From the human T2T-CHM13v2.0 reference genome, Homo sapiens: a stretch of 64,000 nucleotides of DNA. Where the stretch lies: the NCBI RefSeq assembly GCF_009914755.1, contig NC_060939.1, one strand, 5' to 3'. The notes under the pieces were generated by a model that had not been told where the DNA came from, searched no databases, and saw nothing but the letters and a program-made list of their open reading frames with translations. Of this stretch, positions 15,949 through 37,835 are shown one piece after another. Made by a program: the position numbers and the translations under genes. Position 1 is the first letter of the stretch. Every line of letters begins with the position of its first letter.

Positions 15949-16406
15949 TTATATCTAACTCCTAAAGTCTTTAAAGCACAATGATATTGGCCATTTTCTG
16001 ATGAGTCACAGATGTTAGGCAAAGTGGTGAACTAGCCCAAATTGAGAGCTGGCCCAGAAGCATGAGAAGACTACTTTAAAGACCCAGAAACTGGGAAGGT
16101 GTGGCCAGAGACTGGGGCTGGCAGGGGGAGGGGCTTGGTGGAGGGGAGAGCTAGGGAGATCTTTGTTCCCCTGCCACTTTGCCTCTTTAGCCTGCCACTC
16201 CCAGCCCAGAGATGCAGGTTCAGGGGGTCCCTCACAAGCCCAGCAGAGCCTGGCTAAAGGGAAGTGCAGAGAACTGAGCTGCCCATTGACTGGTGGAGCC
16301 TGAGGCTTTCCTCCTCTCCTTTGTAGCCCCCTGGATTTATTTCTCTTCTTATTGGCATGCCTTCTCAAGAATGTTTATGGATAAATGTTCTTCTGAGGGC
16401 TCAAAA

Positions 16407-18355
<1,949 letters not shown>

Positions 18356-18717
18356 TATAACCTCAATTAACCAATACTAACTGGAGATCATCTGGCCCCA
18401 TGCCCTTTTCCAGCCTACATCCTAATCTAGTCTATTGGCATCAGGTGTTTTCATGGTCCAGCCTGCCAGCCTGCTGGCAGCCTGGTGGCTAGCTTCAGGG
18501 TACCACATACCAAGCTTTATCATCCCATTTTACAGAAGAGAAAACAGGCTCAGAGAGGTGAGGTAACATACCCAAGGACATATAACTGGTCTTAACACAG
18601 GCCACTGACTCCAGAGGGCAATTTCTTAACCCCCTACCCTATGCCTTGCCCCACGAGGAACCCATAAATATTTGTTGAATGAATGAATGACCAATGTAAT
18701 AAAAGCCATATCCTTAC

Positions 18718-19729
18718 CTCTTTGGCTTCATTTTGTGCTTTCATATTTTCAGCAATATACTTGACACTTTGGATGGCTTCTTTGATTTCTGGTGACAAAG
18801 CAGAGAGGGACAGCACAGCATCAACAGATTCAGAACTAGAGCTTCTCGTGAGGTTAGCACTGAAATTGGAGATTTTTATCCTGCGGTGGTGGCAGTAACC
18901 ACACATCCCGTCCTGGCAGGGGTAGCCCTCCTTGCAGCCTTTGGACTCTGCGCGGCTGAAGCAATTCAGATTTGAGAGCTCGGCACCGTAGAGGGGCCTC
19001 GGCTTCTGAGCGTTGCCCTCGTTGCTTGTTGGCCTGGTCATGAACATGACCCTGGGGAGCAGGTTCAAGAATACAGTCTTCACCCATGAGGGCATTGTGT
19101 GTGTCGTCGGGGTTCTGTAGTGCACGTTGAGCACGAAGACGGTGATGACGATGGACAAGGTTACAAAAATCATGGTGAACAGGAGGTACTCTCCAATCAG
19201 GGGGATGACCAGCGAGGTGGAAGGGATGGTCTCAGTGATCACCAGGAGAAACACCGTCAGGGAGAGGAGGACAGAAATGCACAGGGTCACCTTCTCACCG
19301 CAGTCGGAGGGCAGGTAGAAGACGAGCACAGTGAGGAAGGAGATGAGCAGGCAGGGGATGATGAGGTTGATGGTGTAGAACAAGGGCAGGCGCCGGATGT
19401 ACAGCGAGTATGTGATGTCGGGGTAGATCTCCTCGCAGCAGTTGTACTTGATGTCGTGTTTATAGCCTGGGGCTTTGATGATGGCCCACTCGCCGCTCTC
19501 CCAATAGTCCTTGAGGTTCATGGAAGAGCCGATCAGGACCAGATCGATTTTCGCCTTATCGTAGGACCAGGAACCGAACTTCATGGTACAGTTTTGGTAA
19601 TCAAACGGGAAGTAGGTCACGTCGATTTTACAGGAGCTCTTAAAGATGGCCGGAGGTATCCAAGTCACCTCCCCAGTGTACTTGAGTAAGGCTTTGGTCT
19701 TGTCGTCCACCTGGAAATCCCCAACAGCA
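18718..19729 (-). CDS. CHRNA3: nAChR alpha3, exon 5 (1012 nt: Cys-loop, YNCCEEIY loop C, TM1-3, cytoplasmic loop)
   Basis: ORF 18634..19752; tttgcag|TGCTGT and GAG|gtaagg. Confidence 0.98.
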
Positions 19730-20492
19730 CTGCAAAGACAAAGAGGGGGCACAGTGACACACGGTCATTAACACTTGGTCATATTGTGGTCATCTCAACC
19801 AGCTTCTCACAGTAAGTAATGATTTGGAAGGCACTGGAAGATGAGAGCTAAAGTGCCATAAAAGGTCACCCATTTCCTGGCGCCATTTACCAACAGGGAT
19901 ACTGAGGCCCAAGCTCCCTCCCCAACAACAATCTGAGATATGGATCACTCCCTGCCCCAGGGCAGGCCACCAGTTCATCCCACAATACAGGTCCCAAACT
20001 GATAGACTCCCAAATGCCCGAAGAGGATTGGTCCCCCTTTAATTAAAGAAATGGGAGGAAGGTCATCCTCCTGGAGCCAGGTGCTGAAGCAGCCTTTGGG
20101 ATTATTTGCCACCCAGGGTCCCTGAGGCTTGGCCCTCTCCTCATTCAGTCTGTACCGGGCGCCTAATGTGTGTGTGAAACCAGACTATGGATGTGGAAGG
20201 GGCTGCACAGACCACCCAGGGGAGTCCACCCCCATTAAACGGAACCTTGTCAGATGGATTTACTTCCAAACCCTATCTCTGGATCCTGATTTGACCATTC
20301 CCTGTACCCTCCCCACCCCCATTCTTCCCAGTACTGTTTTACAATAATCATGTTTTGCTTCCTTGTCTTTCGAATTCAGCCTAACAGGTTTCTTCACTTT
20401 CTGTGTCCCTATCCCCATTTTCTCCCCATGTTTCTTCTCCCTTCCTTTTCACTATGTGCATCCTGACATTTATTTTCACACAGAAATAGACA

Positions 20493-20777
20493 TTTTTCTT
20501 TTTCTTTGAGACAGAGTCTCACTCTGTTGCCCAGGCTAGAATGCAGTAGCTCACTACAATCTCTGTCTCCCGGGGTTCAAGCAAGTCTCCTGCTCAGCCT
20601 CCTGAGTAGCTGGAATTATAAGCATGTACCACAAACGCTCAGCTACTTTTTCTATTTTTAGTAGGGATGGAGTTTTGCCATGTTGGCTGGGCTGGTCTCG
20701 AACTCCTGACCTCAAGTGATCTGCCCACCTCGGCCTCCCAAAGTGCTGAGATTACAGGCTTGAGCCACTGCCTGGCC
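20493..20777 (-). mobile_element. AluS
   Basis: reverse dimer, TSD TAGACAT. Confidence 0.88.
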
Positions 20778-21567
20778 TTAGACATGTACGTTTTTCTAGG
20801 AATAGTCTTGTTGGTTTGTTCGACAGAAAATCAGCTGATGATCCCTGTTGAGTCTTGCATTGGGCATTCCATCCGCGATGGCCAGATGAGGCCATCTGAG
20901 AGCAAGGCCAGTTGCTTCCACAACAATGGCCCTGCCCAGGAAGGTTCTTAAACATTCCTCGGATCAGCCCTGTTAAGTTTCTTAGCCTTGTGAAGGCATT
21001 TACATCCTCCAAAGGGAGCAACTGCCATACTCCTTTGCCTTGTAAACAATGACAAAGCCTAAACATTTAGGGATATCCTTGTGCTGCTGTAATTGGATGG
21101 GAACCTGTGAAAACAGAAGGGGAATGTTGTGGTGCATGTGCTTCTTCCTTGCTAGTCTCTCCTGGGTCTCGGTTGAGCAGGATCATTACCCATGAAGGCT
21201 CAATGCCAAAGCCACTAACTATCTTTCCTCTGGTTGGCTAGTTTGCCCCCAGTGGTGCCCTGCTGAGTTTATACATTCTTAGCCCCAATTTCACTCCCAC
21301 CATGCCCTTAATTCCCTACGAGTATTCCTGCTCCTGGCTCCAGGAAAAAGGGAGAGGTAGGAGGGTGGGGTGGAGGTGAACATCCACACAGTCCCCAAGT
21401 GGACTCAGCCCATGTTTAGCACTGAGGGGCCCTGGAGAGGGCTGGGCTAAGCAGAAGGTCGAAAAGACCCTCAGGAAGGCAGAGGCCTCCTGAACCAATT
21501 CCATACAGCATCCTGGATCAACAAAATGTCAGAGCGGCAAGGGAGCTTCAGAGCCCAGGGTCTGGTC

Positions 21568-21766
21568 CAGGGGTTGGCAAGCTGTGGTCCTCTTTCTGTA
21601 AATAAAATCTGGGGGGAATAGTGCCACTGCCTTTTGTTGTCCATTATCTATAGCTACTTTTGAGCTCCAAGGGCAGAGATGAATAGCTGTGACCGTCACT
21701 GTATGACCCACAACGCCTAAAATATTTATTCTCTGGCCCTTTAGAGAAAACATTTGCTAGCCCCTG
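21568..21766 (+). mobile_element. MER58A-like hAT MITE
   Basis: TIRs CAGGGGTTGGCAA / TTGCTAGCCCCTG; TSD GTCTGGTC/CTCTAGTC. Confidence 0.75.
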
Positions 21767-22152
21767 CTCTAGTCCAACACCTTCATTTTGCCAAAGAGAA
21801 AACTGACGGTCAAAGGACAGGAATGACTTGCTCGAGACTCCACAGAGTTTATGGCAGAACCTTGGCCATTCAGAACTTGGGTCCCCAAGTGAGGAGACAC
21901 AGAAATGTGTGCATGTGCCCAAAGAACATATACTAGAGGTTAGCTGAGCTTGGCTGATGGCTCATTTCTGGGGATCCTGGTCACTGTGGCTGCTGCCCAC
22001 AGCACCCCTGGGGTGTGTCCACCCAGATCAGAAGGCCTGTGTGCTGCCTGGGGCAGTGTCAACAGTCATATCTCTACTAGCAGAAGACAGAACATGCAGA
22101 CCCAGCTGGAGACTGGGGTCTGGCACAGCACCAGCCTCATAAAGGGCACTCA

Positions 22153-24703
<2,551 letters not shown>

Positions 24704-24887
24704 AGATTTTCATGGAAGATAAAGAGGAGCCAAGAATTTTACACCCAGCCAAGTTACCTAAAAGTATTCTCTAAAAAGGTTACAATGAATTATGAACTTG
24801 CCAGAACACAGAGTATACAGTGTCCATGAATACTCTGAGGATTCTATCAGCAAATGAACTTTAGAAAACAAAATATCACAGGAGAAA

Positions 24888-25052
24888 GGCTGGGAATGAT
24901 GGCTCACACCTGTAATCCCAGCACTTTGGGAGGCCGAGGAGGGTGGATCACAAAGTCAGGAGATTGAGACCATCCTGGCTAAGTCAGGAGATTGAGACCA
25001 TCCTGGCTAAAACGGTGAAACCCCGTCGCTACTAAAAAAATACAAAAAAATT
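24888..25052 (+). mobile_element. AluY left arm (host of the L1 insertion)
   Basis: Alu left monomer with ACCATCCTGGCTAA diagnostics, ending at the A-rich linker. Confidence 0.88.
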
Positions 25053-26092
25053 CGGGTGGAGCCAAAATGGCCAAATAGGAACAGCTCCGGTCTACAGCTC
25101 CCAGCATGAGCAATGCAGAAGATGGGTGATTTCTGCATTTCCATCTGAGGTACCAGGTTCATCTCACTAGGGAGTGCCAGACAGTGGGTGCAGGATAGTG
25201 GGTGCAGCGCACTGTGCATGAGCCAAAGCAGGGCGAGGCATTGCCTCACTTGGGAAGCACAAGGGGTCAGGGAGTTCCCTTTCCTAGTCAAAGAAAGGGG
25301 TGACAGATGGCACCTGGAAAATCGGGTCACTCCCACCCTAATACTGCACTTTTCCAACGGGCTTAAAAAACGGCACACCAGGAGATTACATCCTGCACCT
25401 TGCTCGGAGGGTCCTACACACACGGAGTCTTGCTGATGGCTAGCACAGCAGTCTGAGATCAAACTGCAAGGCGGCAGCGATGCTGGGGGAGGGGCGCCTG
25501 CCATTGCCCAGCCTTGATTAGGTAAACAAAGCAGCCGGGAAGCTCGAACTGGATGGAGCCCACCACAGCCCAAGGAGGCCTGCCTGCCTCTATAGGCTCC
25601 ACCTCTGGGGGCAGGGCACAGACAAACAAAAAGACAGCAGTAACCTCTGCAGACTTCCCTGTCTGACAGCTTTGAGGAGAGTAATGGTTCTCCCAGCACG
25701 CAGCTGGAAATCTGAGAACGGGCAGACTGCCTCCTCAAGTGGGTCCCTGACCCCCGAGCAGCCTAACTGGGAGGCATCCCCCAAGTAGGGGCAGACTGAC
25801 ACCTCACACGGCCGGGTACTCCTCTGAGACAAAACTTCCAGAGGAACGATCAGGCAGCAGCATCTGTGGGTCACCAAGATCCACTGTTCTACAGCCACCG
25901 CTGTTCTGCAGCCACCGCTGCTGATACCCAGGCAAACAGGGTCTGGAGTGGACCTCTAGCAAACTCCAACAGACCTGCAGCTGAGGGTCCTGTCTGTTAG
26001 AAGGAAAACTAACAAACAGAAAGCATATCCACACTGAAAACCCATCTGTACGTCACCATCATCAAAGACCAAAAGTAGATAAAACCACAAAG

Positions 26093-27105
26093 ATGGGGAA
26101 AAAACAGAGCAGAAAAACTGGAAACTCTAAAAATCAGAGCACCTCTCCTCCTCCAAAGGAACATAGCTCCTCACCAGCAATGGAACAAAGCTGGACGGAG
26201 AATGACTTTGACAAGTTGAGAGAAGAAGGCTCCAGACGATCAAAATACTCCAAGCTACAGGAGGAAATTCAAACCAATGGCAAAGAAGTTAAAAACTGTG
26301 AAAAAAAATTAGACAAATGGATAACTAGAATAACCAATGCAGAGAAGTCCTTAAAGGAGCTGATGGAGCTGAAAGCCAAGGCTGGAGAACTACGTGAAGA
26401 ATGCAGAAGCCTCAGGAGCCGATGCAATCAACTGGAAGAAAGGGTATCAGTGATGGAAGATGAAATGAATGAAATGAAGTGAGAAGGGAAGTTTAGAGAA
26501 AAAAGAATAGAAATGACCAAAGCCTCCAAGAAATATGGGACTATGTGAAAAGACCAAATCTACATCTGATTGGTGTACCTGAAAGTGACGGGGAGAATGG
26601 AACCAAGTTGGAAAACACTCTGCAGGATATTATCCAGGAGAACTTCCCCAATCTAGCAAGGCAGGCCAACATTCAGATTCAGGAAATACAGAGAATGCCA
26701 CAAAGATACTCCTCGAGAAGAGCAACTCCAAGACACATAATAGTCAGATTCACCAAAGTTGAAATGAAGGAAAAAATGTTAAGGGCAGCCAGAAAGAAAG
26801 GTCGGGTTACCCACAAAGGGAAGCCCATCAGACTAACAGCAGATCTCTCGGCAGATACTCTACAAGCCAGAAGAGAGTGGGGGCCAATATTCAACATTCT
26901 TAAAGAAAAGAATTTTCAACCCAGAATTTCATATCCAGCCAAACTAAGCTTCATAAGTAAAGGAGAAATAAAATACTTTACAGACAAGCAAATGCTGAGA
27001 GATTTTATCACCACCAGGCCTGCCCTAAAAGAGCTCCTGAAGGAAGCGCTAAACATGGAAAGGAACAACTGGTACCAGCCACTGCAAAAACATGCCAAAA
27101 TGTAA
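26093..27105 (+). pseudogene. L1 ORF1p, disrupted
   Basis: MGKKQSRKTGNSK...; premature TGA at 26480-26482 plus a small frameshifting deletion near 26510; C-terminal RRM/CTD fragment in ORF 26545..27105. Confidence 0.92.
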
Positions 27106-27168
27106 AGACCATCAAGGCTAGGAAGAAACTGCATCAACTAACGAGCAAAATCACCAGCTAACATAATA

Positions 27169-30982
<3,814 letters not shown>

Positions 30983-31068
30983 ACAATGAGAACACATGGA
31001 CACAGGAAGGGGAACATCACACACCAGGGACTGTTGTGGGGTGGGGGGAGGGGGGAGAGATAGCATTA

Positions 31069-31545
<477 letters not shown>

Positions 31546-33207
31546 TCAAAGAAATTCCTTATGATATTTGCTCCTCTCCACAGCCAATTTGCAACATTTT
31601 GCTACGCCTCTCATTATTGCTAAAATCATAAATCCTACAGTACTCCAGCTGTTCACTCAAGATTGCCAGCAAGGAAATGGCTATAAAACGCAAAACATGA
31701 AGATTAAACTTTTTGCTCATTTTCTTAATTGTAGCTTAGCAAAAATTCTCTACACCCTGCCCAGTTCCCTTAAGAGCATTTGAACCATGTGATTCCTACG
31801 ACAATTCAGTGCAAGAAGAAAAAAATCTGCAAGCCTGTTGAGTTTATATTGTGTCCCAGTTCTTTGATGACCAGTTTACAAATACAAATTACATACAAGA
31901 AACATTTATAAGTGCTGTGTTTCCTTGGGAAAACAGTAAATAAAACATGGACTGTCTTTAGAGTGAGTAAAGACCCACTTTTGTTTTTGCCAGAGACCAG
32001 AAAGTGGGATTCAGTATAAAACATAGCTTCTCTAGTCCTGACACTAACTGTAAAATCAATACTACTAATAAGAAAACATTATTTTGTACTAATATGGCAT
32101 AAAAACCTAGAAGTATTCTTAGCATTAAAATCAGAATAGACTAATTCTACATCAACTGTTTTGCTGAAAATGTTTAAATGTAAATGTAAAAGGTTTAAAT
32201 ATTCAAACATTTTAACTCTAAAATGCAGGTACAAAAATGATATTCTTCAATACCCAGAGAACTAACTAGCATATTGCAAAATATCAACTAAAATTTATGT
32301 CAGTCCAATGAAAGAGCTTAAATGTGGGAAGTATCAGTTTTGTGTGGACTTAGAGAAAAGGGAGGGGTTTTGGAGGTGCTATGATGAGCAGGACCTGTCT
32401 GGCAGAGGAAGAACCTTTGCAAGAGAGAAAGAGGAGAGGCCTCCCAAAACTGGCGGGAAGATGCACATTCTGGATCCATAGGAGACTGGAAGTGGCCCAC
32501 TGTGAAGGACTGGCTCGAGAGCAGCTTCTCTCGATGGCAGGAGCCAGGGAAGTCTTTTTAGTCCTGGACTCACCCTTCTCAACTACGACCTGGATGCAGC
32601 CACCCAGACGGGCTGGGAGCACGGGGCCCAGAATGCTCATCCTACTCTGTACATGGGAACCTTGCTTCACATACTTGGGGGGCTATCAATCCTTTCTCCA
32701 AGGCCCAGACCTTTTCCCAGTGGGAGGAGGCCTGCAGGGTACACCGTGTAGCAGGGTAACTGTCTGATGGCAGGTTTGCTGTTGGGAGAGTAGAGAAGAG
32801 GTTTGGGGACACAGGCAGAGACAGGCTGGGGTGCCCAGCTCAGCCCCCTGATCACAGCATCGGCCTCCTGCATCCACTGCCCACAGTGGCCCCAAAGCCA
32901 CAGTGGATGGCTGAGACCACCCCAGACCTGGCTGTGCCACACATCCACTCTGGGCCTCAGTCCTCATCTGTGAAATGTCAGGGAAGGGCCAGATCAGGGA
33001 TCCCCAAAGCAAGCTGGTCACACAGCCCCCAGGACAGCTTTGTGAAAACACCCATTCCTAGGCCTACCCAGACCCACTGACTCAGTGTTTCTGTGGGGCA
33101 GGACCTGGGGACAGGTATAGAGATTTTTTGGATAACGTAATACATATTAACTTTAGAAAAGACAGTGAGGAACAAAGAATAAAATATTTTGAATTCAGGC
33201 ACCTGTA

Positions 33208-33864
<657 letters not shown>

Positions 33865-34490
33865 TCAGCAGGCTGGGAACCCTGGGACTACACAGCTTAG
33901 GCCCACCCAGCTATGATCTTCTCCAACACCCTCATTCTCTTTCAAAGACAAGGTGAGGAGGGACCGTTTACTCCATTCCTGTCTGTTTGCACAGAGCTGC
34001 TAACAGATGCTACATTCCAGGTGCCCCGGGCATCTGAGCCTTCCCCCTCCACACACTGGGGTTGGTCCTTGGCCCATGGATCTTTCCAGCCTTATGTCCC
34101 ACAGTCCAGCCAATGAGGTCACCTTGGCTGCCCATGACATACTCTCCTGCCTCCCCGGGCCCTCCTCTGCTCCATCTCCCTGTCCTGAGATCCTACACAA
34201 TCTTCAGGATTCACTTCAAATGCCAATTCTTCCTTGAAACTTTCCCAATGCCATCTTCCACCCACCCATGCCTGCTTTGAAGCCACTCAGCACACTGCTG
34301 CTCTCTGTGGCTCTCCAACATCTCTGGTACCTGGTATGTAGTAGTTGCTGATTACATACCTATGGACTGAACAAATGAATGCAGCCTTCTTGGAAAAGGC
34401 CAAGGAAGGCCAGGTTTTAAGCACAGTGGGCCAAAAACCCAGAGCCCAGGCTGACAGCCCTGAGAGGGCGTGGGCCCCCCAGCACCTTAC

Positions 34491-34600
34491 TTGTTATACA
34501 GCACAATGTCTGGCTTCCAGATCTTCTGTGCAGGGACACGCATGAACTCTGCCCCACCATAGTCAGAGGGGTTCCACTTCAGCTTGTAGTCATTCCAGAT
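34491..34600 (-). CDS. CHRNA3: nAChR alpha3, exon 4 (110 nt, [16 protein letters not shown]...WKPDIVLYN)
   Basis: cctcgag|ATCTGG...AACAA|gtaagg. Confidence 0.96.
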
Positions 34601-35376
34601 CTCGAGGAAGGAAGCAGGGAGGGAGAAGGAGACGGTAAAAGAATCAGCCTGGTTTTACTTCCCTTGGCACCACCCATCTTGGTGACTCCCCACCCCTGCT
34701 GCATGTGACCGAACCACATCCATGCCATGATCACATAGTCCAACTTCTCCTGTGGGTGTAGTGCAGGAGAGAGCACACGGCTGGCTCTGCGGGCCACCTC
34801 CTGGCACTAGGGAAGCCACTGCCCCCATAACCATGAGCAAGCCCAGCCCCTCATCAACCAAACAGGGCCTACTCGTGCTTTCTCTGGTCACTTCTAGTGC
34901 CAGGTGGAGACTCCTGGACTTCATGCATCATGTCCAGGTCCATGTGCCTGTTTACAGCCCCTGAATGGCTCTCCAGGGGTGTTTTCCAACATAGACACTC
35001 TTTCACCCCAAGGTTAAGCAAGACTGGACTCTGAAAGATTCCGGGGGAAGAATCCATGACCCCTGCAGGGCCCAGGAAGTGTCTGGGTCCAGAGGCTGGG
35101 AGGTCTGAGTCCTGAGCACCAGAGGAGAGAGGGGTGAGGCTGCGGCCACAGAGGGAACGTGTGCATCAAGTACTGGGTGGGGCACTGTGCCCATCTGGCT
35201 TTCCAACCTCCTGGGGATGAAGGCTGTGTGTGCTGAGTGCTCAGCTGGCCAGGCTGGCAGAAGGGTCACCCGCAGGCCAATGGGCCATTATGTCTCCTGG
35301 CAAGTCTGGACAAAGCCTCCCTGGGGAGGACATGTGGAAGGCAATTTCTTGGCCTCGATCTGAACAGGAAAATCTA

Positions 35377-35884
<508 letters not shown>

Positions 35885-36044
35885 CTACAGTCCTTCCAGG
35901 GGGACTGTAGGGCAGTGCATGTGACCTCAAGCCTTAGAAGAGATATATCTGCCAGTCAGTGGACCCCAATCTGGGTTCCACAGAAGTAAATGAAGCCTGG
36001 TCTTTAGGCCTTTCTTGGTTCACCTAAAGCAAATAAAACAGTCA

Positions 36045-36060
36045 CCACCAGGGGGCAGCA
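36045..36060 (+). promoter_or_regulatory. Candidate CTCF binding site
   Basis: CCACCAGGGGGCAGCA matches the CTCF core consensus CCASYAGRKGGCRS. Confidence 0.6.
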
Positions 36061-36083
36061 GTGCCTAGGGTCTGGTCACTTAC

Positions 36084-36128
36084 TTGCTTGAGCCACAGGT
36101 TGGTCTCCATGATCTGGTTTACTTCATC
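36084..36128 (-). CDS. CHRNA3: nAChR alpha3, exon 3 (45 nt, DEVNQIMETNLWLKQ)
   Basis: ttctag|GATGAA...AAGCAA|gtaagt. Confidence 0.97.
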
Positions 36129-36242
36129 CTAGAAAGAGGAATTAAAGTTGACAGGAGAATTACAAAACAAGACTAATTCTGGGAAAGGCTCCTCCAGAAG
36201 CCCCGGTCCCCATGGCCACGGCTCGTGGCTTCCAGCACTCAC

Positions 36243-36382
36243 CACCTTCACCAGCTGAGACATGGACACCTCGAAATGGATGATGACTGGGTCAGACACG
36301 TTGGCCACAGGCCGGATGATCTCATTGTAATCTTCAAACAGCCGCTCAAATAGACGGTGCTCAGCCTCTGAGGCCCTGGCCA
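36243..36382 (-). CDS. CHRNA3: nAChR alpha3, exon 2 (140 nt, [15 protein letters not shown]...MSQLVKV)
   Basis: ORF 36129..36383; cccgcag|TGGCC and GTG|gtgagt. Confidence 0.97.
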
Positions 36383-37835
36383 CTGCGGGAAGCAGCCCTG
36401 TCAGTCCCTGGGGAAATCGTTACTTAACCTCCCCCACCCAGCCCAGCAGAAACATCACCCATCTACAGCATCCCCTCCACCTGTGGGGGGATTCTGTGGA
36501 ACCCTAGACTTTCAGGCCAGTCTAACCCAGTGGGTTACAAAATGGGAAACTGAGGCCCAAGAGGGGCAGGATTCTACCTGGCCACACGCATTCAGTGAGA
36601 AGCACAGTGGTTGCAAGCCTGGGCTCTGGAGTTGGACAGATCTGGTGCAAATCCTGACAAATCACTTGTAAGCTGTGTGAGCTTAGGCAAGTGGCTTAAC
36701 CTCTCTGAACCTGTGTCTTTACCAGTCAAAATAAGGATTATAAACGTATCCACCTCAAAGGGTTGTTGTGAAGGAAGTGCACAGCTTGGTGCTGCGCTAA
36801 GAGGTCAAGAACTATTCGCAATCTTTTCCTGGGTTGTTTCTGCCGGGTGGGGGTGTGGGGCAAATGCTGTCTGCCTGGGTACAGCCACTCACTGCTTCCA
36901 CGATGGAAAGATGGCCAGTCCGCTCCCAGGGGCAGGGCCAACCACGGTCGCCCAGGCCCAGGTCTTCTACCTCCCAGCCTCCGGGAGAACACAGCCCAGG
37001 TCTGGGCCTCTCCTGCATTCCACCCTGTAGGGGTGGCCACCAGCCCTCTTAGAAGCCAAGGCACTGTGTGACTCCCGTGATCTCGTGTGACCCCCAGCTC
37101 TTGCTGATGCTGTCTTCATATCCTGATCAAAGACTCTGACCTCTGCAACCCTTGGGCACCCCTCTTTGTTCCTAAGCCACACCCCAGCACAAGTGAGGCA
37201 TACCGGGTCAGCTGTCTTCTGATTCCCACGTACAGATCTGGGGGCAGCTTGGGGAAGCGGGAGGAGAATCCTCTAGGAAGTTGAATCCAACTTCCTCAGG
37301 TCTTGAAATAGGATTTTTCCTGCTCCCTCCTCTCCTTCCCCAGGATGAAAGAAGGGTCCCAGGCAGGAGGTCGGTTGAGAGCGTATGGCGTTCTGAGTAG
37401 TGGAGGCCTCGGCACCGAGGGCGGAAAGCGCTCTGAGCTCACAGCCGCACGACAGACCGCCGGCCTGGGCCCTCCAGGAATTCCCTGCAGCCTTGCCCGG
37501 TCCCCGACTCTCGCTACCCACCAGCCCTCCCAGGCACCCAAGAGCCTCCCAGCGGCGGGCCAGGGCCGGCTTCCCCCAGCAGGCTCCTCTGGAGAGCGGG
37601 AGGAAGACAGGAGGCGCTCTCCCGGTGGAGGGTCCCTCAGCGACGCAGCCAGGAGCGCTAGGAGGCTACAACCGGAGGAGAGGCTGGCGCTCCAGCTCCA
37701 GCCCCAGTCCCGAAGCGACTCCCCTCTTCCCGAGGTGGCCTTGGCCAAGTCTTCAGCCATCTCCGTCAAATGAGGAGGTGGGCGGGATGCAGACGGTGGA
37801 GCGGGAGGCTTGGGCGCGCCAGTTTGGGAGCCAGT

